In this document: piece after piece, positions 1 through 13,309 of the stretch
Numbering within the stretch: position 1 is the first letter of the stretch
Layout of the letters: every line of letters starts with the position of its first letter
From: Octopus sinensis
Taxonomy: Eukaryota
DNA length: 64,000 bases
Direction: 5' to 3'
Assembly: GCF_006345805.1 (NCBI RefSeq)
Contig: NC_043008.1
Location: 2,170,001-2,234,000 of the forward strand
Program-made: the position numbers and the translations under genes
The notes under the pieces: generated by a model
The model's input: the letters and a program-made list of their open reading frames with translations, nothing else
What the model was told of the DNA's origin: nothing
The model's database searches: none

Positions 1-3000
1 ACTGTAGCACCTGTAGTGCTTGGACGCATTAAAACACTTTGTCATTGATGCACTAATTTAAGCGCATTTTGACAACTTAACAAATATACAATATATCCAC
101 AATTAGCAGAGTTTTCAGATTAGTTATGTTTTAAAAGAAGTATATTGGTTATCAATTTTCATTTGCGCTGCGCTTGTGTAAGAGAAATTGTAATATTAGT
201 GCTGAGAAAGATACGGTTAAAAGAAGGTCAAAAGTATTATAGTGGTGTCTTCTATTTTGAAGCAAAATTATAGATTTTAAAACTAAATTAATTGTTAATT
301 CTCAAGTTTCGACATTCTTCGGAATTCCCAGGATTGCCTAATAAACTTCTAACGCATTACAGTGTAGCATCTATAATGCAATATAGATCGGTGTAATTGC
401 TGCAGCCGTGCCAATCTCATACAAAACACATTAAAGCCCCTTGTCATTGATGCACCAATTCAAGCTCATTTTCACAACCTAACCTAATTCTACACTAAGA
501 ATAACACACATACCAGGAGAAATGTCAATAAAGGTCAGGGACATATATTTTCCCAAAAGAGTTGACGCGATATTGTCGGACAAAATAACGCAGCCTAAAA
601 CAATATCATATTGTATATTATATCTATATGTATATTATATCTATATGTATATTATATCTATATAAAAAAAGATTTTCGTGGTCAAATTTATCCCATATAA
701 TCTAGATGAAGAACTCTTAAAATTCATATGCGTAATCTCTTTTTGGACGTTGCCTGCAGTTATGTACGCAAAGCAACAGTAAATTCTAATATCAAATACC
801 AAACAGATGAAGACATATTTTCATCCTTCAATCATCAAATCTTCTAGATTTGGTAGATGTGAACGTCTCTTCCCAAATATGTGGACTCAGGCTCATTTCC
901 ATATACTTCTAGTTATATGTGTTTTTATGTGTGTATTTGAGTACGCCTTTGTGTCCTCGGTGCAGGAATATATATGCGTGTGTTTATGAATGCCAATACA
1001 TGTAAGTAGAATTAATATTTGCTTTCAAATAATGCACATTTCAGATTGCACTCATTTTAATTAATCTTATATAGAATCATACTGCACCTCAATAAATGAT
1101 GTTATAGACCTCCATCATCAGTCAAATTTGTATTGTTTCCATAAATATCTGATTTCATTTACGATTCATTCCCACACTCCCGACAGGCATGACAGCTGAA
1201 TGTCTATATACTTCAATAGTAGAATTTTACCAGAATATATCCATTGGTGATAGGTTATTGAATTAAATTCTTCTAAAAAATTCATCGTTCACCTTTCCCA
1301 TTATAATCACTTTTTTCAATAATTTTTAAGACATATGTATATGTGTACGTGTATAATTACACCCAAACACACACTCTCTCTCTCTCACACACATACACAT
1401 TTGCTCATATACACATGTATGTGATTATGTGTACAAACATAAACAAGTCATACTTGCTGACACACATCAGTTGACTAAATTCTGTTACTTCCCAGCAATG
1501 CGTAGTCATGTTCTTGCTTCCAGTCTTTTATTTTACATTCAAACTCTAACATCTGCCTGTCAACATCATCTGATTTAACTTGTTATCTAACATGTACAGT
1601 CGCAATTTGTCTACTAATTAGATATGACATGACAAACGATGAATTTACACAATCATTTATTCTTCAATAATTTCTTCTTTCATGCAATAGTTTACTGCAG
1701 CAATACATGATATATGATATATAGAATAATATCTATATTGAGACGCTACGTTCATATTTAGAAACATATTTATTTCTTGTCACATTTTATAATTCTATTT
1801 TAATAATATTTTCGCTATCTATTTTAGTTAGAATTTACTCTGCTGTATTTCAGTGTATCTGTGTATCTATATATATTATCCTTAAGCCATATTATTTAAA
1901 TTTTATTTATTCCTTTGAAGATATATGAATCGGAAACTGTTGGACAATGTAAGTGATCGTAATTGTACCATTACCAATAAACCATAAATTTTCATAAACG
2001 TTTCCTAATTACTTCACACGAATTTTAAATTTAGAGAAGTTCTTCACGCATTCGTTTAGAATAATAGTGTAATAACGTATTTAGAATTTCAGTAATAAAA
2101 GATATTTCAATTAAAATGATATTAGAAAATAAGAAAAACGATACTCAGTTGTAATGATAAGAGTCTTCGAAATGTGGCATTGATGGATATTTCATTCGTC
2201 TAGAAATATGAACCTAAACTCATAAATACGGGAAGCGAAGAAATAGGCATCAGAGAAAATAGAACTAAAGATACGACGCAATATTCTTTGTAAAATAGGT
2301 TTAATAGTGGTTGCCTTGTTCTTCATCAACTCGATCGTACAGTGTCGATTTGTGGCTTAATACACAATAATTACAAAGTATTGTTTAAAATATTTGTTTT
2401 CAAAATGTCGTGCAAATTTAGAGCTTAATGATGTAAAATTATGGTTAAAAAATGAAACGAATTTGTCTTGCATCGCATCCAAGAGCTTCCGGGATATTTG
2501 AGACAAACAAGTGAATAATCAGAAAAACATAATTAGTGTTTCTCGCACCAGGCTATCTAATATATGATAATATACTCCATCTAATATTGTTTTGCTGCCA
2601 ATTTCAACTTGTACTTCATCGCATAACAAAAATGAAATAATAACAATGACACAGGCACAGCAGTATTCTTAATGAGTCACTAAGTAAGTTGCCCGTAATC
2701 ATTGCCTACAAGATAGACTAACATCTATCAGACACGTTTTAATAGAATAATCTATTGCAACACATGGTGAAGTAACAGGCTGTATTATGATTATATTATA
2801 GGTAAGGAATGAAAGCCGCCACTTATATTTGTGACGATATTTCACTGCTCAAACAGAGCACAAGGACCAATTGATCTTGATGTATTAAAAACGAAACAAA
2901 AAAATATCAGATTACCATCGCTTGGATCACTTCTCTCAGAAATCTGGTTAATCAGATTTACTTTCGAATTAAACAACACTAACAACCACAGCAGCAACCA

Positions 3001-3534
3001 CACTGAACATTTTATTTTTATATTCTTTTGTGTTGTGTACGTAGCTAATGGGTAAAGCTACATCAGCTTCTGAATCTCTGCAGCACATCAGAGATATGCC
3101 TTATCTTCCATATCATCGGTAAAAGCAAAATCAATGTCTTAATATAATTGTAGCAACTCGTATTGGATAAAAGTTTGTCTCTCTTTCGTCCCTTCAAAAA
3201 TAGTTGCCATGTCGCTGAAAATGTGATAAGCTTTTCCGTATAATCATTTCAAATCCCTATATCTAAGAAAGATGAAGTGGTAGAATATTTCAAAATATTT
3301 CAAAGGAACAATTTCAAATGTGGATTAAGTTTCTATCCTCCCTGACAAAGCTTGACAGCCCGAATATCTTATACCAAATCCTCGACCTCATAGGCAATAC
3401 TTGTCTAACTTTAAACCTTAATAAATTAAAGAATGTACGGAGAATGTCACTGCAACAAATATTAAACATTTCTTACTAGAAGTATATGCTGACTAGAAAA
3501 GGACTTTATTGAAAATATTGCAGCATTGACTTAC

Positions 3535-3792
3535 ATCAATGGAATCAATGGTTAATGGTTCAGAGAAAAATCTTCGTCTGAGAGGAGTTATTTCCATTTC
3601 CTGAAAATATGGTAATACATTCTGGCGTAGACCTTTCCTAGTTTTCATATTACCTATTGAAGGACTTTTACCTACAATAGAAAGAAGTGTGAATGTGTTT
3701 GTCGCTACAGCCGACATTGTTCTCATCGGTGTCATTAAGTAGGTCTGCTGGCAGAAATATGACAGCCGCCGGAACACGCCCATCAGATATTT
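3535..3792 (-). CDS. Candidate internal coding exon (86 codons, phase 0-0), product unknown
   Basis: Acceptor tattctatAG before 3792, stop-free frame KYLMGVFRRLSYF...TPLRRRFFSEPLTIDSID, consensus donor GAT|GTAAGT at 3534. Unique, non-microsatellite sequence. No domain recognised. Confidence 0.3.
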
Positions 3793-3884
3793 CTATAGAA
3801 TATAATTTGGAGTTCCAACCACAGTACTTACATTTTTTCTTATTATTCCTTTCATGTTAGATAAGATAAAGACTTCCGTTGGTG

Positions 3885-4135
3885 ATGAATGATCATAGGG
3901 TGCAAGTAGAAAGTTCAACTCCGGCCTCTCCTCTCTACGCCCCCGGGGTCATCCTAGGGAGGAGCAAAAGCTGATACATCTTCGCACCAGTGATATCGTA
4001 ACTCATGTGTACAGCTGAGTGAATTAGAGCAACGTGAAATAAAGAGTCCTACTCAAGAACACAACAACCTGAGGCGGAAATAGAACTTACTACCTCATAA
4101 CTCTCAGCCCGACGTACTAAACATTGAGCCATGCT
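3885..4135 (-). mobile_element. Decayed tRNA-derived SINE (same family as 40235-40488)
   Basis: Minus-strand head with A-box-like TGGCTCAATGTT and B-box-like AGTTCTATTTCC. Body cagctgagtgaattagagcaacgtgaaataaagagtcctactcaagaacac matches 40345-40405. Confidence 0.65.
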
Positions 4136-4311
4136 CTTTAGATGCCATATAATTAATTCTAGGTTATTCACTAATTCGTTCCTTCCCCCAATTCCGTGTC
4201 GTATATCGAAAGCAGAACCTATCAATAATATATCCGTTGTTGTTGCATTTGCGCCTCAAAACAGCTGCGACGAAGGACTAAAACAGATGGCCATATATTA
4301 TTTCCGATTAC

Positions 4312-4507
4312 TAAATAAATATTTCTGATTTTAAAAGAAACGGTACTTTGCAAGATACCAGTCTTAGTTTCTTTTTCAGACCAAGTGTAATAGCATTCAG
4401 CAGAAGACGCCTCTGGGAACAAGTGTGCAAATGTATGCATCATCAGCTCAGTGCCGTTCAACACATTAAAAATGGAGGAGGGAATTAAAGTGTTAACAGA
4501 TGGAAAT
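4312..4507 (-). CDS. Candidate coding exon, phase-compatible with the 3535-3792 exon
   Basis: Acceptor ttgttattcatAG, open frame FPSVNTLIPSSIFNVLNGTELMMHTFAHLFPE...KIRNIYL, donor TTA|GTAATC (phase 0). Lies inside ORF 4222-4575. Confidence 0.25.
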
Positions 4508-4684
4508 CTATGAATAACAAAATATACTGCTGTGTGTGCATCCAATTGTAAGGAATTCACCTCAAGGGCTGCCATTCACGTATAGCATTAAAATATATCT
4601 GCAAATTTATAAGTTAGTTTAATGAAATATTCTGCGCGCGGAATCATGTATCTACCTACATAAATACGAATATGTAACTATGAC

Positions 4685-4726
<42 letters not shown>

Positions 4727-4733
4727 GTGTATG

Positions 4734-4766
<33 letters not shown>

Positions 4767-4767
<1 letters not shown>

Positions 4768-5050
4768 GAGGCGCAATGGCCTAGTGGTTAGGGCAGCGGA
4801 CTCGCGGTCGTAGGATCGCGTTGTGAGTGTTTATTGAGCGAAAACACATAAAAAAGCTCCACGAGGTTCCGGCAGGAGGTGGTGATCCCTGCTGTACTCT
4901 TTCACCACACTTTCTCTCACTCTTTCTTCTGTTGGCCAGCTCGCTTAGCCAGCGGGGTGGCGTCATTCGAAGGCTAAAACAATGCGAACGCATTGTGACC
5001 AGCGATGTGTAACAACATCTGATAGTCTGGTCTGTCACGTGATCACGTGA
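4767..5050 (+). mobile_element. tRNA-derived SINE lacking a recognisable B box
   Basis: Starts ggaggcgcaaTGGCCTAGTGGTTAGG (A box) right after a (TG)n array, has a GC-rich body and ends in a cacgtgat duplication plus (TA)n. No GTTCRA-type B box at the expected distance. Confidence 0.7.
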
Positions 5051-5879
5051 TATATATATATATGTACCACCGTTAGGAATCGTGTGGTTTGTTCATTTAA
5101 GTCAAGAATTGACAGTACTATCAGGTACATAATCTACAGTTTACGGTTCATGGAGGGGGTTTCTAAGAACAGGTACATAGTTTACATTAAGGATACATCT
5201 ACGAGTAAAATCGGAGAGGCGAAGCGAACACCGGCGAGATTATACGAACGGAAAACTTACCCCATACTCTATGAGTGTGACAGGGATCAACTTGGCGGTG
5301 CGCTGGGCCGAATTGTCGTCCGTGTTTTGCCCAAACACAAAATGGACGTCTCGCTTATGCAGGTACGTGAAAATGTCCTTATAAGCGAGCAATTATCCAT
5401 ACTAAATTGGAAATACACAAAGTAGTTAGGAACACCTCAACGCCACCGTTACCACCCACCTATTATGCATACATACGTGCATCACAATGGATATGCAGGT
5501 AATTATTTAGCTAGGCAGCTGAAGGGATAGGGGATAGTTCGCTGTCGAGCCACAGCAATGTTTCCCGGCCCCATTACCTCATGAAATCGACTGTATAGGC
5601 GCACACATTACACTATGTTACAAACAGTTTTGTAAGTTTTGTTTTTCCTAATGTTTTAGGTATTTATTATGCAGGTTTTTCTCGCCGATTTCGAAAATGA
5701 TCTTATTGTTTCTCTCTCATCGACCGTTGCTTAGATGTATCAGATTACGCTAATTGTTTACGATTGTAATGTTAGGAGACGTCCGACTGCTCATTTGTAC
5801 CCGAAATTTGGACTAGCCTGGAAACAATTATGTTCTTTGTTTAATGTAAACCTCTAGTAGATGGCCAGTGATAAGCTAC

Positions 5880-6400
5880 TCTACTTTTGATGGTATTCTA
5901 CTGGTAAGCAAATTTCATTCCCGTCTGAAAAAAATAGGGGGACCCCCTTCTGCTGTAGCAGACGGAATATCCATGCTATTCTAAGAGTATGACCAGTTCC
6001 AAAACGACCATCACCATGATTGCTATTGATGGATAATTGACGGAACGAAGTAGACAAATTTGAAAAGGTAATGAGAGACGTTGGAAGGGAGGTATGGTGT
6101 ACACATCGTGGCATCGCACATTGTTTCCTTGGTAACAACAAAAATCTCAACAACATGCAGCTGCTCGCAAAGTTTAATGAGACTTTCAAGAACTTAGGCT
6201 GTAGGATGTCCTTAAAGATGTGCATTTTGAATTGGACTTGTTTCTTGACTTCTTTCTTGAGAATTAAGTTGAATAGGAAGTACGATGAGTATTTCCATCA
6301 ACACATTGCTGCAATGGAGAAGGGATATCAAGAAGGGACACTGGCATGACGGGAGACTTTACAGGACCACTTTCCCGCCGTCTGGATAAATGTCTCAAAG
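5880..6400 (+). mobile_element. Decayed DNA transposase fragment, CMC superfamily (Chapaev3-like)
   Basis: ORF 6071-6349 carries FLGNNK...LGCRMSLK...FHQHIAAMEKGYQ and an upstream frame gives DHHHDCY. Both match my recollection of the motifs FLGNxK/LGCNMSLKIHFLHSH/FHQDIxxMEKRYQG and DHxxDCYFC. Frameshifted and internally deleted; the family label needs a Dfam check. Confidence 0.6.
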
Positions 6401-9400
6401 AAGGAAAACACGTCATTTAATACTTCATGGTTCAAAACGTTGCTTACTTTTTACTCATCCTCATACTTACCTGAATATACTAAACAACAACTCGTAATGA
6501 ATATTGAGAAATTATAATGATTGCTATCTGGACCTTCTCTCTGAATCTGAACCAGGATTTGTCTGCTGAATAGATTGTTGTTCCCGTTAAGGACGCTCAT
6601 TAAGGAATAAAGTATGGTTAATCAAATCACTTTCTCCAGAGTGTTAACAGATCTGCTGTGAAATGTCAAGTAGTTTATATAAACGAGCTGAAATTATTGA
6701 CGGACACGAAGAACTGTACGTCTGCATCAGCGTCAGCAGTGGTGGCCACAACGAAGATGAACATGACGACGAGTTTGATGAGAGTGGCTATGATACTGAC
6801 GACGATAATTGAAGTGATGTGGATCTTTTCAACGAACACATCTTTGATGAAAGTTGCGTTAATCATACAAAATGATGACAAAGTCCTCCATAATTTCAAC
6901 ACTGGTGATAACCTCGAGAGCGACGATAACAATCGTGATGGTGGTACAGACAACAACGCTGGCCATAATACCGGTAATAATGTCGCCACAGATGACTATG
7001 TTGATCATGATTATGATCTATGGAAGTACGTCAGGTGTAGAATACGTGTTATGCGTTTTGTATGACAGTATATTTTCAGTAATAATATTTCATTCATCAA
7101 ATCGTTTGTGATACAATTCTTTCGCTGAATTTTATTTCGATAAACGTAAGAAGTACGACATATTTAAAAGTAAGGTAAAGAAATACAGAATGCGTTAACC
7201 ATATTCTAGTTATGTTTATGTTATTGCTTCAGTTGTACCGAGTTTAATGGTTGGTTTATTCAATATAAGCTTTATAAAAATATACGACTGCAAACGACTG
7301 ACTCTTCAATTCTGACTATGCACTTCCTCTGTATTCGACGTTTCTTGCTCAGCTTCAGATGGAGATTAGCAAGAATATATTCGAAATTTCAAACTCTAAT
7401 TAATAGTTGGATGCTTCTCTATATGATATAAATGTAATTTAGTCAAGGAATGTTCCTATTCAAGTAAATTTATATCATTAAAATAGAATTCTAAGCTGCA
7501 TTTTTCCCCTGTGATATAATTTCAACAGTTTCTCTTCATTTCCACACAACTCTTGTTTTCTAATCTGTTCGTCCATCGTATTATTGTCTATCACAAATGT
7601 TTCATCACATTTGCACATGTGTGCAAGAATACTACTCCATAATTGGCACCGTTGCCAATTATGATGTAGTCTAAGACACAATAGAATTTCTTTACACACA
7701 ATTCTACACTAAAATCAAATAACTTGGTGAATTGTTAGAATAATACTAATGCTGAGACCGGCAGGCTGCAACACGAATTCAGATTCAAGTAGTTGTGTAT
7801 GCCGACAGAATCTATACTTCTATAGTTCACACACAGAAAATGATTGACAATCCGAGGGACATCTCAAATAAACATATTTCAAGAAGGTAGAAAAAAGATT
7901 TACATTATATTTAATGTTGTTTCTTTTTTTCTGCAGGAGTTTTGTATTACATTGTATAAAGTTTACAAATAAATATAATAGTAGAGACGTTAAGGTTTAT
8001 ATTTTTATTAGTATCTCTGGTTTGCTTGGAAATCAATTGAATTGCAGAGCTACATGCATAGACATGTACAGACATAGGTTGGCAGCACAATGAAAAAAAT
8101 AAGCCAATGACAGCTGAAACTTGTTTATGTGGTAAAACTATCAGGCTAATATTTCTTAAATCAGATTCTACAGACATAATGAGAGAGCGACGCATATATA
8201 CAAATGTTTCAGACAGATAGAATTTCAATGTCTGAATCACTTGTAATATCAGCCGAAATTTTGGCCGCTATGGCACTATCAACTAAAACACAAAATATAA
8301 GGATTTTGTTTCACAGATAGTGAGAGGGTTTAGCAGAAATAAAAGGAGATGATAGTAGTATCTATACATATATAGGGTCAGTATGGCATGCATATCTACT
8401 AAATAACAATGTGGTTGTAGTCCAGTAGCCAGATGCTTGAAAGTTTTGAAAAGGCATCGTTAATTCTCAGTGAATTGCAGATATTTCTAAATATATGTAT
8501 ATCAGGGTCTGGCCCCATCGGCGGCATCCGCATCCCTAAATTACCCCTTCTCCTCTGATACATATAAAATGTCTAGCAATTTCTGCGCCCGTGTTCCTCA
8601 TGAAGTGAAGTAATGCTCGAGCATGTGTGATGGTATTGCTTGTAAAGTTATCTTCGACAGCACGAAATTGTCCAGCCAACAAGTGACAACGTGGTATTGC
8701 TCATCAACGCATCCTGGCTTTATTTTATATTGTCTCTTGGCAGTTTCATGTCTCTGTAGAAGCTGATTAGTTGTTATTTAAGTAGATTACAGATTACACA
8801 TGTCTTTGAGAGCATATGAATACAGTTTGTACCTTCCTTCCGCTATCACAAACATTCTATGTTTACATACAGAACGAGAAATCAAAACTTTGTTTTTAAT
8901 ATTCCACAAAAAAAAATAGTCGTTTTTCCCATAATCTTATTCATACTAGAATATCTAGAAATTTTGAGCGTTCTCGTAAAACAATATTCATAGGGTTTTT
9001 TTTCTTGGTAGCCTTTCGTCACTACCTCATCATGCTGGAACGATACCCTCCATTGATGGCGTGGCCCTTTAGAAGAGAATCAATTAGCACAATACCTATT
9101 GAATCCGGCGAAAACCGAGGAAATCACGTGCTTTGTTGAGGAAACTACCTTGGATTTCCATGAAGCAAGTGAGGAGAAGTGTTTCCACTGCAATGTCTTT
9201 TATTCTCTCTCTCAAAGTGATGAAGCTAACACTTGTCTTGTGTTATGAAACGTTCTAGTAAATCAGAAGCATTTGATTCCACCAGTGGTAGATCTTTCCA
9301 GCAATGTTGTCAGCCTGATGCGCTTCCGACCAGGAATAAGAAGATGGGGCAACCATCGAGTAGAGATTTTTGGCTTGAAAAATTAATTCTACTCTCTCAT

Positions 9401-12400
9401 GGGATATGCTATAACTATTTGATTTACAGTCAATCGCATGTCATCCGTACTGAACACGATCAATGTTTACGCCAGTCATAGCTGCTGCCTTGGGTCCTCT
9501 TCAGCAATATTCGTTTCCCTCCTAACTTCAGCTGCCCACATATGCAGTATTGATAAAGCTAAGGCATATACGTCTAATGTACCAATCATATTAGCATGAA
9601 CATTCTTGGGATCTAAACAGAAATGTTCTATCAGTTACATTTGAAGTCTTCTTTGAATGGTCAGTTGTCAGTTTAATCAGAACGAAACATTGAAGATTAT
9701 AACAAGATGGATTGAAAATGATGCATTCAAAATTTCACAGCTCTAACGTCATTCCTTTATAGACAACCAATGAAATTTTCAAACCAACCTTATATGTATA
9801 TATAAGTAATGTACCCACATCCGTGGTTGTATTTATGGATTACAGGCATATTTTCCCGTGTTGTGTCTGAATTTCTCCAGTATTAGGCTGATAGAATAAC
9901 TATCAAATAGTATCACATAGATATATTAAAATCTTGAAGACAAATCCTAAGTTGAGAGGGCAGTTGTGCAATGATGGTGTCTATTAAATGAATTTAAATA
10001 TATAAATCATCACTATCGCAGAACTGCCAATATTCTCTGCCAAGCTTCCTGGGATTAATCTCGTCAAAAATTTATAAATGTGGAAAACTTAGCAAAAAAA
10101 TTTTCTTCATTTGTCATATCAATATTAGTTGGTAGGGTAAAACAGCTCAGAAAGAAAACCTCGTTAGTGTAAAAACTTATTTTTCATCAAATATCAATCT
10201 AAGATATTCGCAAAATTTTGTAATTTTCTGAAAATGTTAATACTTCTCACCATCACGAATAGACAAAAAAAAATTAAGCAAATTATTCTTAACCGATCAT
10301 TTTCTTCTGTATACGTTGAATAAAAACGAGAAGTTAGGTTAAATTGATTAGACATGTTGGTAACATAATTATATATTTTACTGTAGGAGAGAAAATACTA
10401 TTAATTTATTTTGTTACGAAATTAAAATTACGGGTGTTTTGCTTGTTTATTTTATTTTGCTCTATTTCAATTTCTAATACTTTTTCTTTTTGTAGAGAAA
10501 TATTTCCTGAAAGAAACTGGTGCAGAAATGCTACAACAGCAACATTTAATGAATGTGCTGAAATACGTCGGAATAATTTGGGAATCTATTGTTATATAAT
10601 AACTCTTCTAAATCATTTCAAATATATCTTCTAAGAAATAAAATAATTTATTCAGGGTCCCCTAGATAATAGCCGTAGAACATATGGAACAACATAGTAA
10701 TGCATTTTCACTTTGTAAGGAATCTTAGAAATGACAAAATATATATAATCTTATTGCATAATTTTGAGGAATTTGAATAGTCAAATGTGATTGATAATTA
10801 TATGTAGATTAATAATAATTCTAATATTTTACATATAATCAAAATCTTTAAAAGAATTCACTTGATATTAATTGTTTACAATCAATGAGCACCAATTATA
10901 TTCGAACATTAACGTTGCCGTTGTTTAATATTAAATTAATGTTCTTACTTTAAATTTCATATTTAATATTCTAAATCAGACAGACAAATATTTCTTGATA
11001 ATGTGTTCGCACATTTATTTCATCAATATTGTTAACTAACAAAGACACAACTTTCCTCTTTACTTCTTTTCCTTTCATCTTGAACTCTTGCAGAGATTAG
11101 AAGTTATATAATATGAAAATTATTTCATGAAAGAAATATATTCAGTGACATTTGCTGTGTCAAAAGTACAAAAGATCAAAAGGAGATTTAGTAATGCCAT
11201 GATAACATAAAGTTTTGTATTTTTCTCATTCCTCAATGAATACTTTATGGATATTTTGTCTCATGTAGAAATCAATGAATGCCTTTGTAGAGTTATAGTT
11301 TCAAATGTTAGGTCACTTCACTGTTTAAATCAGTATTTATTTATTCAAGTATTATTTCAGCAGCCAGATATATATCCCGGGATTAAAGTATTACAACAAA
11401 AATTGCTAAACTGTCGTTATTTGCATATTTTTCCCCAAGAGATATATGGTGGTTTCATATAACGACAAAGAACAACTGACGCAGATTATTTATTTTTATT
11501 CAACAATTATGTTAAACATTCAGTTGTTATGTTTCCGGCTAGAATATTTGAAAAATACTAAATCTTATATGGATGAATAATCCAAGGGAACATACACTTC
11601 TGGTCAATTTTAAATAGTCAAGTAAAATTGAGAACTCACTGATAATCTTTACTCGCCAACTCCCTTTGAATCGCTAGCGCAGTCTTTTCAGTTACTGAGT
11701 ATCATGTAGCGTTGCACAATTCTCATAGGCTGTAAATTATCTTAATTACCTCCATGAAGTTTATGATCATAAATCATGTTTAATAAGTGTTTTTGCCACT
11801 TGGAAATTTAAAAAGAGCAAGTGTCGCATAGTTTTGCAATATTGAATATGCCTCTACATTCATACCAATACAATGAACTTGAAATTAAATATTTCATTCA
11901 ACTTAATAACACACGTATACTCAGTCGTCAGATATGCATTACGAATGACACGCTGGGTATGAAAGTAACCCCGAGAACGCTTCCATGTGGGTTCACCATG
12001 TTAAAATTAACGACAGGTATCCCTCACTACAATAATACTTTTAAAAATAGAATATTGACTATGATGTACGTGATATAAACTAGTTTGTTGCTGGAAAGAT
12101 GTACTCGTATATTTGGTCACCCACGGTGTACTTGAAATTCCTTAAATACAGCCGTTATGCATCAGGATATTAAAGATCGACATTCACGAAATAATAAAAC
12201 AAAAATGTTAGGAAGACCTTATGTAAAAATAAAGCTATGTATAGAAGAATCTATAAAGGCCATAAGGACGACGATGATACTCCATCGGGATACTTGTTTG
12301 TCTTCAACGGATTTCCCTGTATTGCAAATATTCGAAGATAGTTTCATAATTCTTCATGGCAGTGTAAGGAATTATGCGATGAGCTACGGATACTTGTTCT

Positions 12401-12952
12401 CTTTTCACTAAAACTGTTAAAGCATTTATGTTGGTACGAAGGAAAACGATTCTAAAATATTTTATACTTTAAAATATTTAAAGCAATGAAGGAAAAAGTG
12501 CTCGGTGTTAGAAAATCAATGTATTTAACCAGATAGGAATAAACTTGCTTCTATATCAGGTAGTAACATGATGTGAGGATATTCTATATCATGACATCAC
12601 TCAAATCACCATACTGGAGATATAAATCATAGCACAGTTACTGAAGATGATTTACAAGTTATCAGAACAACACTAAATAATCCCAACCAGTTTCCTCCGT
12701 TATTTTCCCTTTACGTAGTCCTCAAATGCATTTCATTATTGCTCCTATTATACATTTATTGGAGCCCTGAGTTTCAGAGCTCAATGAATTGTTTACATTA
12801 ACCGCTTAATATTCAGCAAGTCAGGTCATGTCTAGTATGGAAGTTTCTTAGGAGTACAGCTCAATAATACGAGAAAATCCTTAGTTATGCTTGTACAGTT
12901 CATAGTGTATCACATCAACTTTACAGGTTGTTATGAGCCAAATTAATAAATT

Positions 12953-13041
12953 ATGTTTTCCGTGAGTCTTACTATCAAAGTGATTTTATTGTCAGTCAGA
13001 TGTTTGCAGAAATACTTAATTCTGTTCGTAATTTACATCAG
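12953..13041 (+). CDS. Candidate first coding exon (hydrophobic N-terminus), product unknown
   Basis: ATG 12953, MFSVSLTIKVILLSVRCLQKYLILFVIYI, strong donor CAG|GTATGT in phase 2, matching the next candidate exon. Confidence 0.2.
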
Positions 13042-13176
13042 GTATGTTATCGTAAAACTGAATTTATTTCATTATTAAAAGCAAGCACAGCAAAGTAACA
13101 TTATTTCAATGGCTTTTATATGGTTTTGTCACAAATGAAAGCAAGATATTTCTTCTAACAATGCATTAAATTACAG

Positions 13177-13309
13177 GAAATCTTATCTGCAGTTGAGATT
13201 GTATAATCTCAAGCTCCCGAACTCTTCACCAATGGACAATTTGACGTTGAACATATACAATATAATGATCTGCAGCAAACAATATACTGCATATTGTGCT
13301 GATTATAAT
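13177..13309 (+). CDS. Candidate coding exon, product unknown
   Basis: Acceptor taaattacAG, phase-2 start, 44 open codons KSYLQLRLYNLKLPNSSPMDNLTLNIYNIMICSKQYTAYCADYN, donor AAT|GTAAGC. Confidence 0.25.

Noticed and set aside
6658-7065. 135-aa Asp/Asn/Thr-rich ORF (similar case at 36704-37072)
   Set aside because: Decayed (GAT/GAC/AAC)n trinucleotide sequence, open in several frames and on both strands.
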